Shown here piece after piece: positions 33,986-43,676 of a stretch of 45,523 nt of DNA; position 1 is the stretch's first letter; every line of letters begins with the position of its first letter. The DNA comes from a virus. Lineage: Duplodnaviria; Caudoviricetes. Location of the stretch: IMG/VR virus record IMGVR_UViG_3300044708_000233, positions 1 through 45,523 of that record; one strand, written 5' to 3'. The notes beneath the pieces are model-generated. The model was not told the DNA's origin and ran no database searches. It saw only the letters and a list, made by a program, of their open reading frames with translations. A program made the position numbers and the translations under genes.

Positions 33986-34292
33986 CGCAATGGAATTGCA
34001 ATTCGCAATTCGACTTCGGGTAATGCTGCGGTGCGTCATGGATGGCGCTTCGGCGCGTGGAGGCATCACTGACAGTGATGTGATTTGCACTCGAGAACGC
34101 GCAGGCGCTTAATGGTCGTTCCGGCTGAAGACCCCCCGTGGGGCAATGCAACCCCCTCGGTGCGCTTGTCGGCGCGGCATTGGTCAATTAAAAACACACA
34201 AGACCGCTAATTAATTAACTACGGCGCGCGTCTACTTGCATGATTGCTGCAGCAATGTCGCACGAAGTCGCAGGCTGGCACGGGCTCTGACC

Positions 34293-35165
34293 ATGCGCGC
34301 CCGCAGCCTCAAGCCCGGATTCTTCGAAAACGAGGAACTCGCCGAGTGCAGCGCCTGGGCGCGCCTGTGCTTTGCGGGCCTGTGGATGCTCGCCGATCGC
34401 GAAGGCCGGCTCGAGGACCGACCGCGGCGCATCAAGGGCGCCCTGTTCCGCTTCGACGCGCTGGAAATCGAGCCGCTGCTCGATGAGCTCGAAGTGCACG
34501 GCTTCATCCTGCGCTACGCCAATGAAGACGGCCGATTCATCGAAATCCTCGCCTTCAAGAAGCACCAGGCACCGCACTACTCCGAGAAACCGAGCACCAT
34601 CAAGCCGCCGATGGTCGCGAAAACAGACGCCATCATGCCGGCCCAACTCCCGGAGTCAGCCGGTCATGATGACGATGAATTCCGGAGAACTCCGGAGAAC
34701 TCCGGAGTCGACCCGCCATTAAGAGGGGGTCACAACCCCCTGACTCCTGACTCCGGACTCCTGACTCCTGACTCCGGGTCCTCCTCCTCCCTTCGGTCGG
34801 AGGTAGCGGTTTCGCGCTCGGCGCGAAGCCCGCCACCCACAACGGTCGAGCAAAAACGACCCCCGAAACCCCCGCCGCTGCCGCCCTTCGACGGCAGCAA
34901 TGCCGAGGCGCTCAACGGCCGCGCGGTCGTGCGCCTCGCCGAGGCCTGGGAGCTGCCCGAGCAGTGGGGCGTCGACGCCGAGGCGCTCGGCTGGCGACCG
35001 GCCGACGTGCTGCGACAAGCCGAGCTCTTCCGGCAGTACTGGACGCGGGGACGAGGACGCGACACCCGGCGCAGCGTCAAGGGCTGGTCGCAAAGCTGGT
35101 CGAACTGGCTCGCGAAGGCCAGCCGCAGCAGTGGCAGCAGCAGCAACGAAAGACCCCGGCCATGA
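34293..35165 (+). CDS. Replication initiator protein, 290 aa
   Basis: RARSLKPGFF.NE.L...RL.F.GLW..ADREGRLEDRP.RIK N-domain; DnaT-like C-domain (F..YW...W...W.NW). Confidence 0.85.
   Translation: MRARSLKPGFFENEELAECSAWARLCFAGLWMLADREGRLEDRPRRIKGALFRFDALEIEPLLDELEVHGFILRYANEDGRFIEILAFKKHQAPHYSEKPSTIKPPMVAKTDAIMPAQLPESAGHDDDEFRRTPENSGVDPPLRGGHNPLTPDSGLLTPDSGSSSSLRSEVAVSRSARSPPPTTVEQKRPPKPPPLPPFDGSNAEALNGRAVVRLAEAWELPEQWGVDAEALGWRPADVLRQAELFRQYWTRGRGRDTRRSVKGWSQSWSNWLAKASRSSGSSSNERPRP
34681..34775 (+). repeat. Iteron-like repeats in the initiator linker (probable replication origin)
   Basis: TCCGGAGAAC x2 plus TCCGGAG at 34681; (T/G)GACTCC x5 at 34741-34775. Confidence 0.65.
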
Positions 35166-35626
35166 CGAGCTACAAAGACCGTGCCCGCGACGAGGCCATC
35201 GTCGATGAGGTCAACGTCGACCGCGCGCTGCGGTGCCCGGCTGCGGGTTGTCCGAACCGCTGGAGCGTCGAGGGCGACCGCGGCCGCGGCTGCTCGGCGC
35301 ACTACTGGGCCGATCCGCGCGACTGGCCACGCATCACGCAGGAGTTCCTCGAGGCGGAAACCCGGCGCGCGCTGTACGCGGCGGCCTCCCGGCCAGTGCC
35401 CGACGCCGTGCCCGCGACGCCGCCGCGCCAGGCCGCCATCATCGCGCTGCGGGCTTTCGCCGCCTGGATCCGCAGTCCCGCGCAACGCGGCGACGGTCGC
35501 GACTGGGCGCGCGCGCTGCAATGCAGCGACCAGTCCGGCGAGCGGCTGACGCGGTTCCAGGTAAACGCCTACCGGCAGGCCTTGCGGCTGGAGGCGGCAG
35601 TGAGCGACAAGGTCGTCGCCGATTGA
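35162..35626 (+). CDS. Hypothetical Zn-binding replication-associated protein, 154 aa
   Basis: CPAAGCP..CSAH; DWARAL...GERLT.FQ...YR.AL; ATGA overlap. Confidence 0.6.
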   Translation: MTSYKDRARDEAIVDEVNVDRALRCPAAGCPNRWSVEGDRGRGCSAHYWADPRDWPRITQEFLEAETRRALYAAASRPVPDAVPATPPRQAAIIALRAFAAWIRSPAQRGDGRDWARALQCSDQSGERLTRFQVNAYRQALRLEAAVSDKVVAD

Positions 35627-35659
35627 CATTTCCACAGAAATCGAAAGGAAAAAAGCACC

Positions 35660-36118
35660 ATGTACGTCAACGTCAAGAACCTCGGCACCATCGCCACGCC
35701 CTTGACATCGATGCAGGCGGGAGGTATCGCCATCGATGTCGACCCAGGCGAGACCGCCACCATCGACAACCCCGCGATGACGCTGGCCACCTTCGGCGAC
35801 GATCCGGGCTTTGCCGAGGAATTCGCCGAGGATTTGAGCGAGCTCGCGGACACCATCCGCGATGTCATCGAGCAGTATCGCGATCGCGTCGATGCGCAAG
35901 GCGAAGGCGACGACGAGGACGCCGCCGAAGCCGGCGAGGTCTATTGCAGCATCGAGAACATCGGCCCGCATACCGTGCGCTTCATCCTGGGTGCCGACAA
36001 CACGAACGAGCGGCACCTCGGCGCCGGCGAAACCTTTGAGGGGAACGCACCCGGCTACATCACCATCCGCGAACTCGAGGTGGGCAGCGAGCCGACGTTC
36101 CGCGAAGGCGGCGCTTGA
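35660..36118 (+). CDS. Acidic hypothetical protein, 152 aa
   Basis: AAGGA RBS; phage-typical codon use. Confidence 0.7.
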   Translation: MYVNVKNLGTIATPLTSMQAGGIAIDVDPGETATIDNPAMTLATFGDDPGFAEEFAEDLSELADTIRDVIEQYRDRVDAQGEGDDEDAAEAGEVYCSIENIGPHTVRFILGADNTNERHLGAGETFEGNAPGYITIRELEVGSEPTFREGGA

Positions 36119-36586
36119 ATGCCGGCCGGGAGTGGTGTCGTGACCCTCATCCGCTTTACCCTCCTCGGCCAGCCCGCATCGAAGGCGAATTCACGTCAGC
36201 TCGTGACGATCAAGGGTCGCCCGGCGTTCATCAAGTCGCCCCAGGCACGCACGTTCGAGCGCGATGCGCTGCGCCAGATTCCAAGCACCGCCCGCCAGCG
36301 TTTGACGGGCCCCGTGCGCGTCACCTTGCGCCTGTACTACGCGAGCGAGCGGCCCGACCTCGACGAGGCCGTGGTGCTGGATGTGCTGCAGGATCGCTAC
36401 CACGGACACGGCGAGGCACGCGTCCTCGTGCAGCCCGGTGTCTATCGCAACGATAGGCAGGTCCGCGAAAAGCACGTGTACCACGCCATCGATCGCGTGA
36501 ACCCACGCTGCGAGGTCGAAGTCGAGCCGGTGCACGCACAGCAGGTGGTGCTCGAGCTCGAGGATCTCGACGCACTGCCGTTCTGA
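36119..36586 (+). CDS. RusA-like Holliday junction resolvase (alternative GTG start at 36140)
   Basis: G.PASKANSR, RPDLD...LD.LQ, VYRNDRQV, PRCEVEV. Confidence 0.8.
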   Translation: MPAGSGVVTLIRFTLLGQPASKANSRQLVTIKGRPAFIKSPQARTFERDALRQIPSTARQRLTGPVRVTLRLYYASERPDLDEAVVLDVLQDRYHGHGEARVLVQPGVYRNDRQVREKHVYHAIDRVNPRCEVEVEPVHAQQVVLELEDLDALPF

Positions 36587-36596
36587 GCAATCGGCT

Positions 36597-37439
36597 ATGC
36601 ACGATCCCTTCAAGATCGACGGCCCGACCTGCCTGAGTTTCAGCGGCGGACGCACGAGCGCGTACATGCTTTGGCGCGTGCTGCAGTCCAACGATGGCCT
36701 GCCGCCCGAGGCCGTCGTGTGCTTCGCGAACACGGGCAAAGAAGACGAAAAGTCGTTGATCTTTGTTCGTGACTGCGCCGAAGAATGGGGTGTTCGCATC
36801 TTGTGGCTGGAGTACCGCGACGGCGATCCTCGCTTTGCCGTCGTCTCGTTCAACACCGCAAGCCGCGAAGGCGAGCCGTTCGCGGCATTGATCCGCAAGC
36901 GCAACTATCTGCCGAACCCAGTCGCACGTTTCTGCACTACTGAGCTCAAGGTGTTGACGATCGAACGGTATTTGAAAGCGCAAGGATGGATGGAATGGGA
37001 CAGCATGATCGGTGTCCGTGCAGACGAGCCGCGACGAGTCGCCAAGATGCGCATCGATCCCAGCGGTGGCCGTTCCGGTGTTACTCGCCTTGTTCCGCTT
37101 GCCGATGCGGGCATCAGGGCGGCCGATGTTGGGGCGTTCTGGCGTGCGCACTGCTTCGACCTTGGGCTGCCGAATAACGGCGGCACAACGATGCACGGCA
37201 ACTGCGACCTGTGCTTCCTTAAGCCGGCCGCGCAGGTGCTCTCGCTCATCACCGAAAACCCCGGCCGGGCGATTTGGTGGGCCAGCATGGAGGGAAGCAT
37301 CACGAACCCCGGTATCACGAACGGCGGCACATTCAGAAATGACCGGCCGAGCTACGCGCAGATGGCACGCTTCGCCAATGAGCAGCGCGACTTGTTCGAT
37401 CCCAACGAGGAAGCCATCGTGTGCTTCTGCGGAGATTGA
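36597..37439 (+). CDS. PAPS-reductase-family (adenine nucleotide alpha hydrolase) protein
   Basis: SFSGGRTS, FANTGKE, RFCT.ELK, IGVRADEPRR, GNCDLCF, CFCGD. Confidence 0.85.
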   Translation: MHDPFKIDGPTCLSFSGGRTSAYMLWRVLQSNDGLPPEAVVCFANTGKEDEKSLIFVRDCAEEWGVRILWLEYRDGDPRFAVVSFNTASREGEPFAALIRKRNYLPNPVARFCTTELKVLTIERYLKAQGWMEWDSMIGVRADEPRRVAKMRIDPSGGRSGVTRLVPLADAGIRAADVGAFWRAHCFDLGLPNNGGTTMHGNCDLCFLKPAAQVLSLITENPGRAIWWASMEGSITNPGITNGGTFRNDRPSYAQMARFANEQRDLFDPNEEAIVCFCGD

Positions 37440-37523
37440 TCCGGCCACATGTCCGAATCGGAGTACACCGCATGACGAATCGTGACATCCTCACGCACCA
37501 ATGCGAACGTTTCTCAATTACAG

Positions 37524-37583
37524 CGGGGGATGGGAGGGGGGATATGTGTGATTTTTCGCACACTTTCGGGGAGCGACGTCCCC
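37524..37583. other. Candidate cos/packaging region
   Basis: Intergenic before terS; G-runs, then inverted repeats TGTGTGA/TCGCACA and GGGGA/TCCCC; positional inference. Confidence 0.3.
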
Positions 37584-37593
37584 AGTCAATCAA

Positions 37594-38082
37594 ATGAACC
37601 ACAGTAAAAGGCGGCCTGCTGCGGGTACCGCGCGCGCAGCACACGAGGCACTGCGCCAGGCTGCGGCCGGCTGGCCAGCGCCGCCCGCATGCTTGCGAGC
37701 GAGCGAAAGGCCGTTTTGGGAGGCCGTGATGGTGTCGCGGCTGCCACAGCAATGGGCCTCGATCGACCTGCAACATGCGACCAACCTCGCGCGATGCCTA
37801 GCCGACATCGAGGTGAACCGGGCCGCAATCCTGCGCGAAGGCACCCTGATGGGCAAAGGCTCGGAGGCGCGCCTGAACCCCCGGTTGTCGTTGATCGACA
37901 CGCTCAACCGGCGGGCGATGTCGCTGACGCGCATCCTGCAGCTGCACGCGGTGGCCACCATCGGCCACACGCAGCACCAGGAGGGCACGAAGGCCGAGGC
38001 GGCCACGGCGGCCGCAGTGCTGAAGGAGGCCGCCGCACATGAGGCGGACACGCTGCTGGCGCGGCCCCGCCTCGCGGCGTGA
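37594..38082 (+). CDS. Terminase small subunit
   Basis: PPACL..ERPFW...R...W...DL..A..LAR...EG...NP; directly upstream of TerL. Confidence 0.8.
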   Translation: MNHSKRRPAAGTARAAHEALRQAAAGWPAPPACLRASERPFWEAVMVSRLPQQWASIDLQHATNLARCLADIEVNRAAILREGTLMGKGSEARLNPRLSLIDTLNRRAMSLTRILQLHAVATIGHTQHQEGTKAEAATAAAVLKEAAAHEADTLLARPRLAA

Positions 38083-39620
38083 CGAAACTGGTGGCGGACA
38101 TGACCCGCGGCGAGCGGGTCTGTGCCTTCATCGAGACGTACTGCGTCGCGCCCGAGGGCGACCTCGTGGGCCGGCCGCTCAAGCTCGAGGACTTCCAGCG
38201 CGCGTGGATCATGGCGGTCTACGACAACCCCGCGGGCACCCGGCTGGCCATCCTGTCCATCGCAAAGAAGAACGGCAAAACGCCACTGATCGCGGCGCTG
38301 ATGCTTGCGCACCTGGCCGGGCCCGAGGCGCGGACGAATTCGCAAATCGTCTCGGGCGCGATGAGCCAGCAGCAGGCCGCGGTCGTCTTCAAATACGCCT
38401 GGAAGATGGTGCAGGCCTCGCCGAAGTTGTCCGCGCTCGTGCGCGTGCGGCCGAGTCTGAAAACGCTGCACGGGCTGGCGGCGAATGTCGAGTATCGGGC
38501 CATCAGCCGGCAGAAGAAGACCGCGCATGGCATCGCGCCGGTGCTGGCCATCGTCGACGAGCTCGGCCAGGTGCGCGGGCCGCAGGATGATTTCGTCGAG
38601 GCGCTCGAGACCGCGCTCGGTGCCTACGAGGACTCGATGCTCGTCGTCATCTCGACGCAGGCAGCGAGCGACGCCGACCTGCTCTCGACGTGGATTGATG
38701 ACCAGATTCGCAGCCCGAGCCCGACGACGGTCTGCCATGTGCACGCAGCGCCCGCGGACTGCGACGTGCTCGACGAGGCCGCGTGGCGCCAGGCCAACCC
38801 CGCGCTCGGCATCTTCCGCAGCGAGTCCGACCTGCGCACGCTCGCGCTGAAGGCGAGCCGCATGCCGGCGTTCGAGAACGCGTTCCGAAACCTCAATCTC
38901 AACCAGCGCGTCGCGCAGCAACGGCTCGCCTTCGCGGCGTCGGTCTGGCGACGCGGCGCGGGCGCGGTAGACCGAAGCATCTTCTTCGACGGCCGGCCCG
39001 TGCATCTTGGGCTGGATCTATCACAGCGCGCCGACCTGACCGCCGCAGTAGCCTCGGCCCAGGACGACGACGGCGACGTGCATTTGCTGCCCTTCTGCTA
39101 CACCCCGCTCGAGGGGCTCGAGGACCGGGCGCGCGCCGACCGCGCGCCCTATGACGTGTGGGTCAAACAGGGCGTTCTCATCGCCGTGCCGGGTGCCACT
39201 ATCGATTACGACTACGTGTGCGGCGACCTGATGCGCCGCACGCAGGGAATGAACATCGCATCGGTGCAGTTCGACCGCTGGCGCATGGATGTGCTGCGGG
39301 CCGCCGCTGAGCGCACGCGTTTCGCGTTGCTCGTGCGCAAGTGGGAGGAGGTCGGCCAGGGATACCGCGACTTTGCGCCGCGCCTCGAGGCATTCGAATC
39401 GGCGCTGCTGGCCGGACGCCTTCGGCATGGCGCTCACCCACTGCTAGCCATGGGTGCCACAAACGCCATCGCCGTGTCGGACCCGGCCGGGGGGCGCAAG
39501 CTCGACAAGAGCAAGTCAACGCAACGCATCGACCCGCTCGTCGCCGCTATCATGTCGGCATTCCCCGCGCTGCCCGAGGGCCAGATGCAGGCGCTCGACG
39601 TCGGCGCGCTGATCGCCTGA
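38079..39620 (+). CDS. terL: Terminase large subunit (Terminase_1/HK97-type)
   Basis: Walker A IAKKNGKT, Walker B IVDELG, ISTQ, W..ANP.LG, GLDLS..DLTA, RIDPLVA. Confidence 0.95.
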   Translation: MTKLVADMTRGERVCAFIETYCVAPEGDLVGRPLKLEDFQRAWIMAVYDNPAGTRLAILSIAKKNGKTPLIAALMLAHLAGPEARTNSQIVSGAMSQQQAAVVFKYAWKMVQASPKLSALVRVRPSLKTLHGLAANVEYRAISRQKKTAHGIAPVLAIVDELGQVRGPQDDFVEALETALGAYEDSMLVVISTQAASDADLLSTWIDDQIRSPSPTTVCHVHAAPADCDVLDEAAWRQANPALGIFRSESDLRTLALKASRMPAFENAFRNLNLNQRVAQQRLAFAASVWRRGAGAVDRSIFFDGRPVHLGLDLSQRADLTAAVASAQDDDGDVHLLPFCYTPLEGLEDRARADRAPYDVWVKQGVLIAVPGATIDYDYVCGDLMRRTQGMNIASVQFDRWRMDVLRAAAERTRFALLVRKWEEVGQGYRDFAPRLEAFESALLAGRLRHGAHPLLAMGATNAIAVSDPAGGRKLDKSKSTQRIDPLVAAIMSAFPALPEGQMQALDVGALIA

Positions 39621-39621
39621 G

Positions 39622-39927
39622 ATGCCCGGCTTCTACTCCACCCCGCAATGGCGCGCGCTGCGCCTGAAGGCGCTGCAGCGCGCGGGCTGGTGCTGTGAGG
39701 AGTGTGGCGCCTCGGTGCGCGCGAAAGGCGCCTCGCGCGTCGACCACCGGCTGCCGCTGCGTCGCCGCCCCGAGCTCGCGCTGGCGCTGGACAACCTCAC
39801 GGTGAAATGTGCGCGCTGCGACAACCGGGGCGCGGTCTGGAAAGGCGAGCGATCGCAGAAGGCTCGCTTCGAAGCGGTTGGGGTCGACGGGCTGCCCGCA
39901 GCGTGGCGGGAAGACCCGGTGCGCTAG
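39622..39927 (+). CDS. Packaging-associated HNH endonuclease (gp74-like)
   Basis: FYSTPQWRALR...CEECG..VDH..P...L.LDNL...CARCD...DGLP. Confidence 0.8.
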   Translation: MPGFYSTPQWRALRLKALQRAGWCCEECGASVRAKGASRVDHRLPLRRRPELALALDNLTVKCARCDNRGAVWKGERSQKARFEAVGVDGLPAAWREDPVR

Positions 39928-40142
39928 ACGCGTTTCGGGCTGCGCTCCATGCACCGGCGCAGGCCAAACACGAGGCCGGCCAGCGCGCCGCCGAGGAGGC
40001 CGATTTGCGTGGCGGACATCGCCGCCGCTGCGCCGTTCTGGCCGACGCCGACCATGGCGCCGGCGATGGTGCCTGCGAAGAGTCCGGCAACGACGTAGCC
40101 GAGGACGATCAAGGTATTCGAGAGGTAGCGAAGGAAGTTCAT
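39924..40142 (-). CDS. Small two-TM membrane protein (moron-like), 72 aa
   Basis: Two Gly-rich hydrophobic helices; antisense within the late region. Confidence 0.5.
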   Translation of the reverse strand: MNFLRYLSNTLIVLGYVVAGLFAGTIAGAMVGVGQNGAAAAMSATQIGLLGGALAGLVFGLRRCMERSPKRV

Positions 40143-40371
40143 GGAGTGCCTATCGGGCAGTCCTGGGGCAACCTTGAGCGGCACCGTCGGCGCAGCGTGC
40201 CGTTTTGCACAAACGGGCCGGCCATTTGCACAATCGTCCGCCGCGGTTCACAATTTGCCGCCATGACGAACCGCGTCCGCCCGCCTCCGGGCGTGCGCCG
40301 GTCGCTCACCCCGCCCCCCGAGCAACGGCCCACCGGCTCGGCACTCCCAGCGGCTCGCGTGCCGCCCCAGG

Positions 40372-42507
40372 ATGCCGGTCGTGAGCGGCCCGCGCACCAC
40401 CACCGCTGATTCGCCGCTCGCCGGCGATGTGGAGCACGTCGAACGACGTGGCGGTGCCCCCGTCCTGGCCTCCCCGGGCCAAGCAGTGGACAGCGATGCG
40501 ATTCGATTTCGCGTCAGCACCGAGGACCGCAACGATGACGGCGTCGTCGTCGTGCAATCGGGCCTGGAGTTTCCCGACGTTCTGCCGGCGGTGGCCGACC
40601 ATTCGCATGACTTGCAGTCGGCGATCGGCGATTGGCGCAACGTCGAGCGGGGACAGCGCGAAACCTTCGCCACCCTGCGGCTACTGCCGCGCGGGGTCTC
40701 GCGGGCCGCCGACCTCGTGCGCGCGCTGCACACGGGCGGCTATCCACTGGCCAGTTCGGTCTACTTCACCACCCGGCGCGGCGACGTCGAACCGATTTTC
40801 ACCACCGGCCGCGACGGTCGGCCTGTACGGACGGGCACGCGCTACCTGCGCGGGCAGGTCCATGAAATCAGCCTCACACAATTCCCGATGAACCCGGCGG
40901 CCGTGGCCGTCGCGCGTTCGCTGGGGTTCTCGGACGCCGAGCTGGCCGCGCTGTCGCGCCCCGAGCCTGCTCCCCGCGTCACCCCTTCCCGCACCACCGA
41001 GGCGGTCGCCCGTGCGGATGCCTCACGAGGCACCATCATGACCATCGCAGAAATGATCGCGGCCGCGCAACAGGCGCACGAGGCCGCCCAGGCTTCTCTC
41101 GGCACGGCCACCCAGGCGCTCGAGTCGGACCAGTCCGAGGCGAATCTGGCCACCGTCGCGCGCGCGACCACCGAAGTCGACGCGCTGTTCGCGAGGCTGT
41201 CCACGCTGCGCCAAGCCGAAACGGCCGCCGCGCGCCGTGCGGCCACCGCGCCCGCCCCCGCTCCTGCCCCGACCGTCGTATCGCGCACGGTCGCGCCCCT
41301 GACCACCGATTCCCGCGGCGCCCCGGGCATCCTCACGCGGCGCACGGATACCAAGGACCTGCCGCCCGGTACGCGCTTGGCGCAAGTCGTCATGGCCGCC
41401 TCGGTGGCACGTTCGCGCCGCCTGGGCCTGGACCAGGTTGCGACCGAACTCTTTGCCGACAACGCCGAGGTGCTCGCCATCGCGCGCGCGGCCGTGGGCG
41501 TGGCAGACGCGACAACCGCCGGTTGGGCGAGCGAACTCGTGCGTTACGAAACGCGCGCGATGCTGGACCAGACGATCAACCCCACCGCCATGTGGCCCCG
41601 GCTGGCCGCGCAGGGCATCTCGCTGAACTTCAACGGGGCGCAATCGGTCGTCGTGCCGGGGCTGAGTGTCGGCACCGCCACGGGCGGCGCCTGGGTCGGC
41701 GAGGGCGGCGTCATTCCGCTCGTGAAAGGCGCTTTCACCGCAAAGCGGCTGAGCCGCTACAAACTCGCCGGCATCATCCCGATCACCAAGGAGCTCCAGC
41801 GCGTGAGCGACCCCTCGGCGGTCGATGCGATGACCAAGCTGCTGCAGCAGTTCATCTCGAACTTGCTGGACTCGTGCCTCATCGATGCCCTGCCCGAGGT
41901 GCCAGGCGTGCGGCCCGCGGGGCTGTTGAATGGCGTGACGCCCATCACGGGTGCGGCGGGCGGTGGCTATGAGGCCTTCCGGGCCGACCTCGAGGCCATC
42001 ACGACGGCCTTCACGGCCGCGGGTGTGGGGACGAATCCAGTGCTGCTGGTCAATACCGCGAAAGCCTTCCGGCTTGCGACGATGGTGAACGCACTCGGAC
42101 AGCTCGTTTTCTCCGATCCGAGCAAGCCGCTGAACTTCCCAATCATCCCCAGCCAATTCGTGCCACCGACGGCGGCCATCGCCGTGGCCGCCGAGAAATT
42201 CGTCTCCGCGCTCGACACGCCGGAAATCGACACGAGCGAGGAAGCCACCTTGACGATGGCCGATGCCGGCCCCGTGGCACCCACGCAGGCCGGCGACGCG
42301 GTCGGGGGTGGCGCGCTGGGCACGCCCGGTCAGGTCATCCCGGACGGGGGCATTCCCGTCGCGGGCTCGGCCGGGGCATCCACCGTGGGGGCCATCGCCA
42401 TCTCGCTGTGGCAGACCTGGTCGCTCGGCGTGCGCATGGTCTTCCCGGCGTCGTACGGACTGACCCGGCCCGGTTCCGTGCAGGAAGTGACGGGGATCAC
42501 ATGGTGA
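40372..42507 (+). CDS. Prohead protease-major capsid fusion protein (HK97 fold), 711 aa
   Basis: Protease motifs DH...IG.W, SSVYF, EISL..FPMNPAA, followed by capsid motifs AWVGEG..IP, KLAGIIPITKEL, RPAGLLNG. Confidence 0.9.
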   Translation: MPVVSGPRTTTADSPLAGDVEHVERRGGAPVLASPGQAVDSDAIRFRVSTEDRNDDGVVVVQSGLEFPDVLPAVADHSHDLQSAIGDWRNVERGQRETFATLRLLPRGVSRAADLVRALHTGGYPLASSVYFTTRRGDVEPIFTTGRDGRPVRTGTRYLRGQVHEISLTQFPMNPAAVAVARSLGFSDAELAALSRPEPAPRVTPSRTTEAVARADASRGTIMTIAEMIAAAQQAHEAAQASLGTATQALESDQSEANLATVARATTEVDALFARLSTLRQAETAAARRAATAPAPAPAPTVVSRTVAPLTTDSRGAPGILTRRTDTKDLPPGTRLAQVVMAASVARSRRLGLDQVATELFADNAEVLAIARAAVGVADATTAGWASELVRYETRAMLDQTINPTAMWPRLAAQGISLNFNGAQSVVVPGLSVGTATGGAWVGEGGVIPLVKGAFTAKRLSRYKLAGIIPITKELQRVSDPSAVDAMTKLLQQFISNLLDSCLIDALPEVPGVRPAGLLNGVTPITGAAGGGYEAFRADLEAITTAFTAAGVGTNPVLLVNTAKAFRLATMVNALGQLVFSDPSKPLNFPIIPSQFVPPTAAIAVAAEKFVSALDTPEIDTSEEATLTMADAGPVAPTQAGDAVGGGALGTPGQVIPDGGIPVAGSAGASTVGAIAISLWQTWSLGVRMVFPASYGLTRPGSVQEVTGITW

Positions 42508-42656
42508 CCACCATTACCGTGTTGGTGCTGCTCGTGGTCGCGCTCGTGCTGTTTGTGCTCGCGGCGGCGGGCATCGTCCATGCACGGCTGCAGCTCGTCC
42601 CGCTCGGTCTGGCCGCGGCCACGCTGGCCGAGCTCGTGCGATGGTGGCCGCCGTGA
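42501..42656 (+). CDS. Small two-TM membrane protein (holin-like candidate), ~51 aa
   Basis: Very hydrophobic; overlaps the capsid stop. Confidence 0.55.
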   Translation: MVTTITVLVLLVVALVLFVLAAAGIVHARLQLVPLGLAAATLAELVRWWPP

Positions 42657-42746
42657 TTTCGTTTTTGCAAAGTGTGAACGCGCTCCCCTGAAGGTCTGCT
42701 CGCGACGGGGGTTGCCTGAAGAAGCAGTTGCCGCTTGAGCAGTTCA

Positions 42747-42774
42747 GCCCCGGCCATCCGGTCGGGGTCTCTTT
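42747..42774 (+). terminator. Probable intrinsic terminator/attenuator after the capsid gene
   Basis: GCCCCGGCC-ATCC-GGTCGGGGT stem followed by CTCTTT. Confidence 0.5.
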
Positions 42775-42801
42775 CCTCCTACCGGCCAAGAGGCGCACAC
42801 G

Positions 42802-43392
42802 ATGGGACAGCCGATCTACATCACCGACCCCGCCGTTGCGGTCGCCTACCACGCCGACATCGGCACGTGGATCACCGTCGCCGACGAGGCGGAAACGCAG
42901 TGGTTGCTCGACAATCATCACGGCTATCACCTCGACGTCCAGCGCGGGCTGCCCGCGGCCGGTTTCGTCGACCCGCGGGCGCCCCTGCCCTTCGTGCCCT
43001 ACAGCCCGACGCCGCCCGGGCCTGAGCCGGCCAGGATGACCGCGACCATCGCCGACGCGGGCGCCGGCGTCTTCACCGTCACCTTCGGCGGCCTGCTCGA
43101 CACGCTCGACGCAAGCGGCCATTTCACCGTGGTCGATGCGGCGGCTGCGACGCTGGCCGATGTCACCTACCCGCAATCGGCCGGCACCACCTTCACGGGC
43201 GCGGCCGGCCTGCTGAAAACCGCGCTCACGCCACACGCCCCGCCGCTGGCGCTCGTTCAGACAGGCGCCGTGCTCGAGATTCGCGGCGTCGACCCCGTCA
43301 TCGTGAACGCGGTCACGGGCGCGCTCACACTCACGGGCCCGGCACGTCGCAAGCGCCTGGGCATCCGCGCGGAGGCACGCCGTGCCGCATGA
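42802..43392 (+). CDS. Hypothetical virion protein, 196 aa
   Basis: GAGG RBS; Thr/Ala/Gly-rich beta-type sequence in the head module. Confidence 0.6.
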   Translation: MGQPIYITDPAVAVAYHADIGTWITVADEAETQWLLDNHHGYHLDVQRGLPAAGFVDPRAPLPFVPYSPTPPGPEPARMTATIADAGAGVFTVTFGGLLDTLDASGHFTVVDAAAATLADVTYPQSAGTTFTGAAGLLKTALTPHAPPLALVQTGAVLEIRGVDPVIVNAVTGALTLTGPARRKRLGIRAEARRAA

Positions 43393-43669
43393 CATCGGGG
43401 TCGTCCTCGTCTGCGCCTTCGACCCGGTGGCCGAGCTCGGCAACGCGAAGGGCCTGCTGGCCCTGTCCACCGAACTGGCCGCGCGGCTCATCGCCGAGCG
43501 CCGCGTCGAGGCCACGGCCGACCACGCCAGCGAACCGCTGCGCTACGTGAGCGGCTCGCGCGCGTACGCGGCCGCGCGCCAGGCGCTGCGCGATGCGCGC
43601 GCCAGCGCGATGCCATCGCACCGCGGCCCCGGGCGGCCGCGCAAGGTCCCCCGCCTTGAGGAGGGCTGA
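43382..43669 (+). CDS. Hypothetical protein with basic GPGRPRK tail, 95 aa
   Basis: GGAGG RBS; position in the head module. Confidence 0.55.
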   Translation: MPHDIGVVLVCAFDPVAELGNAKGLLALSTELAARLIAERRVEATADHASEPLRYVSGSRAYAAARQALRDARASAMPSHRGPGRPRKVPRLEEG

Positions 43670-43676
43670 CCTCACC

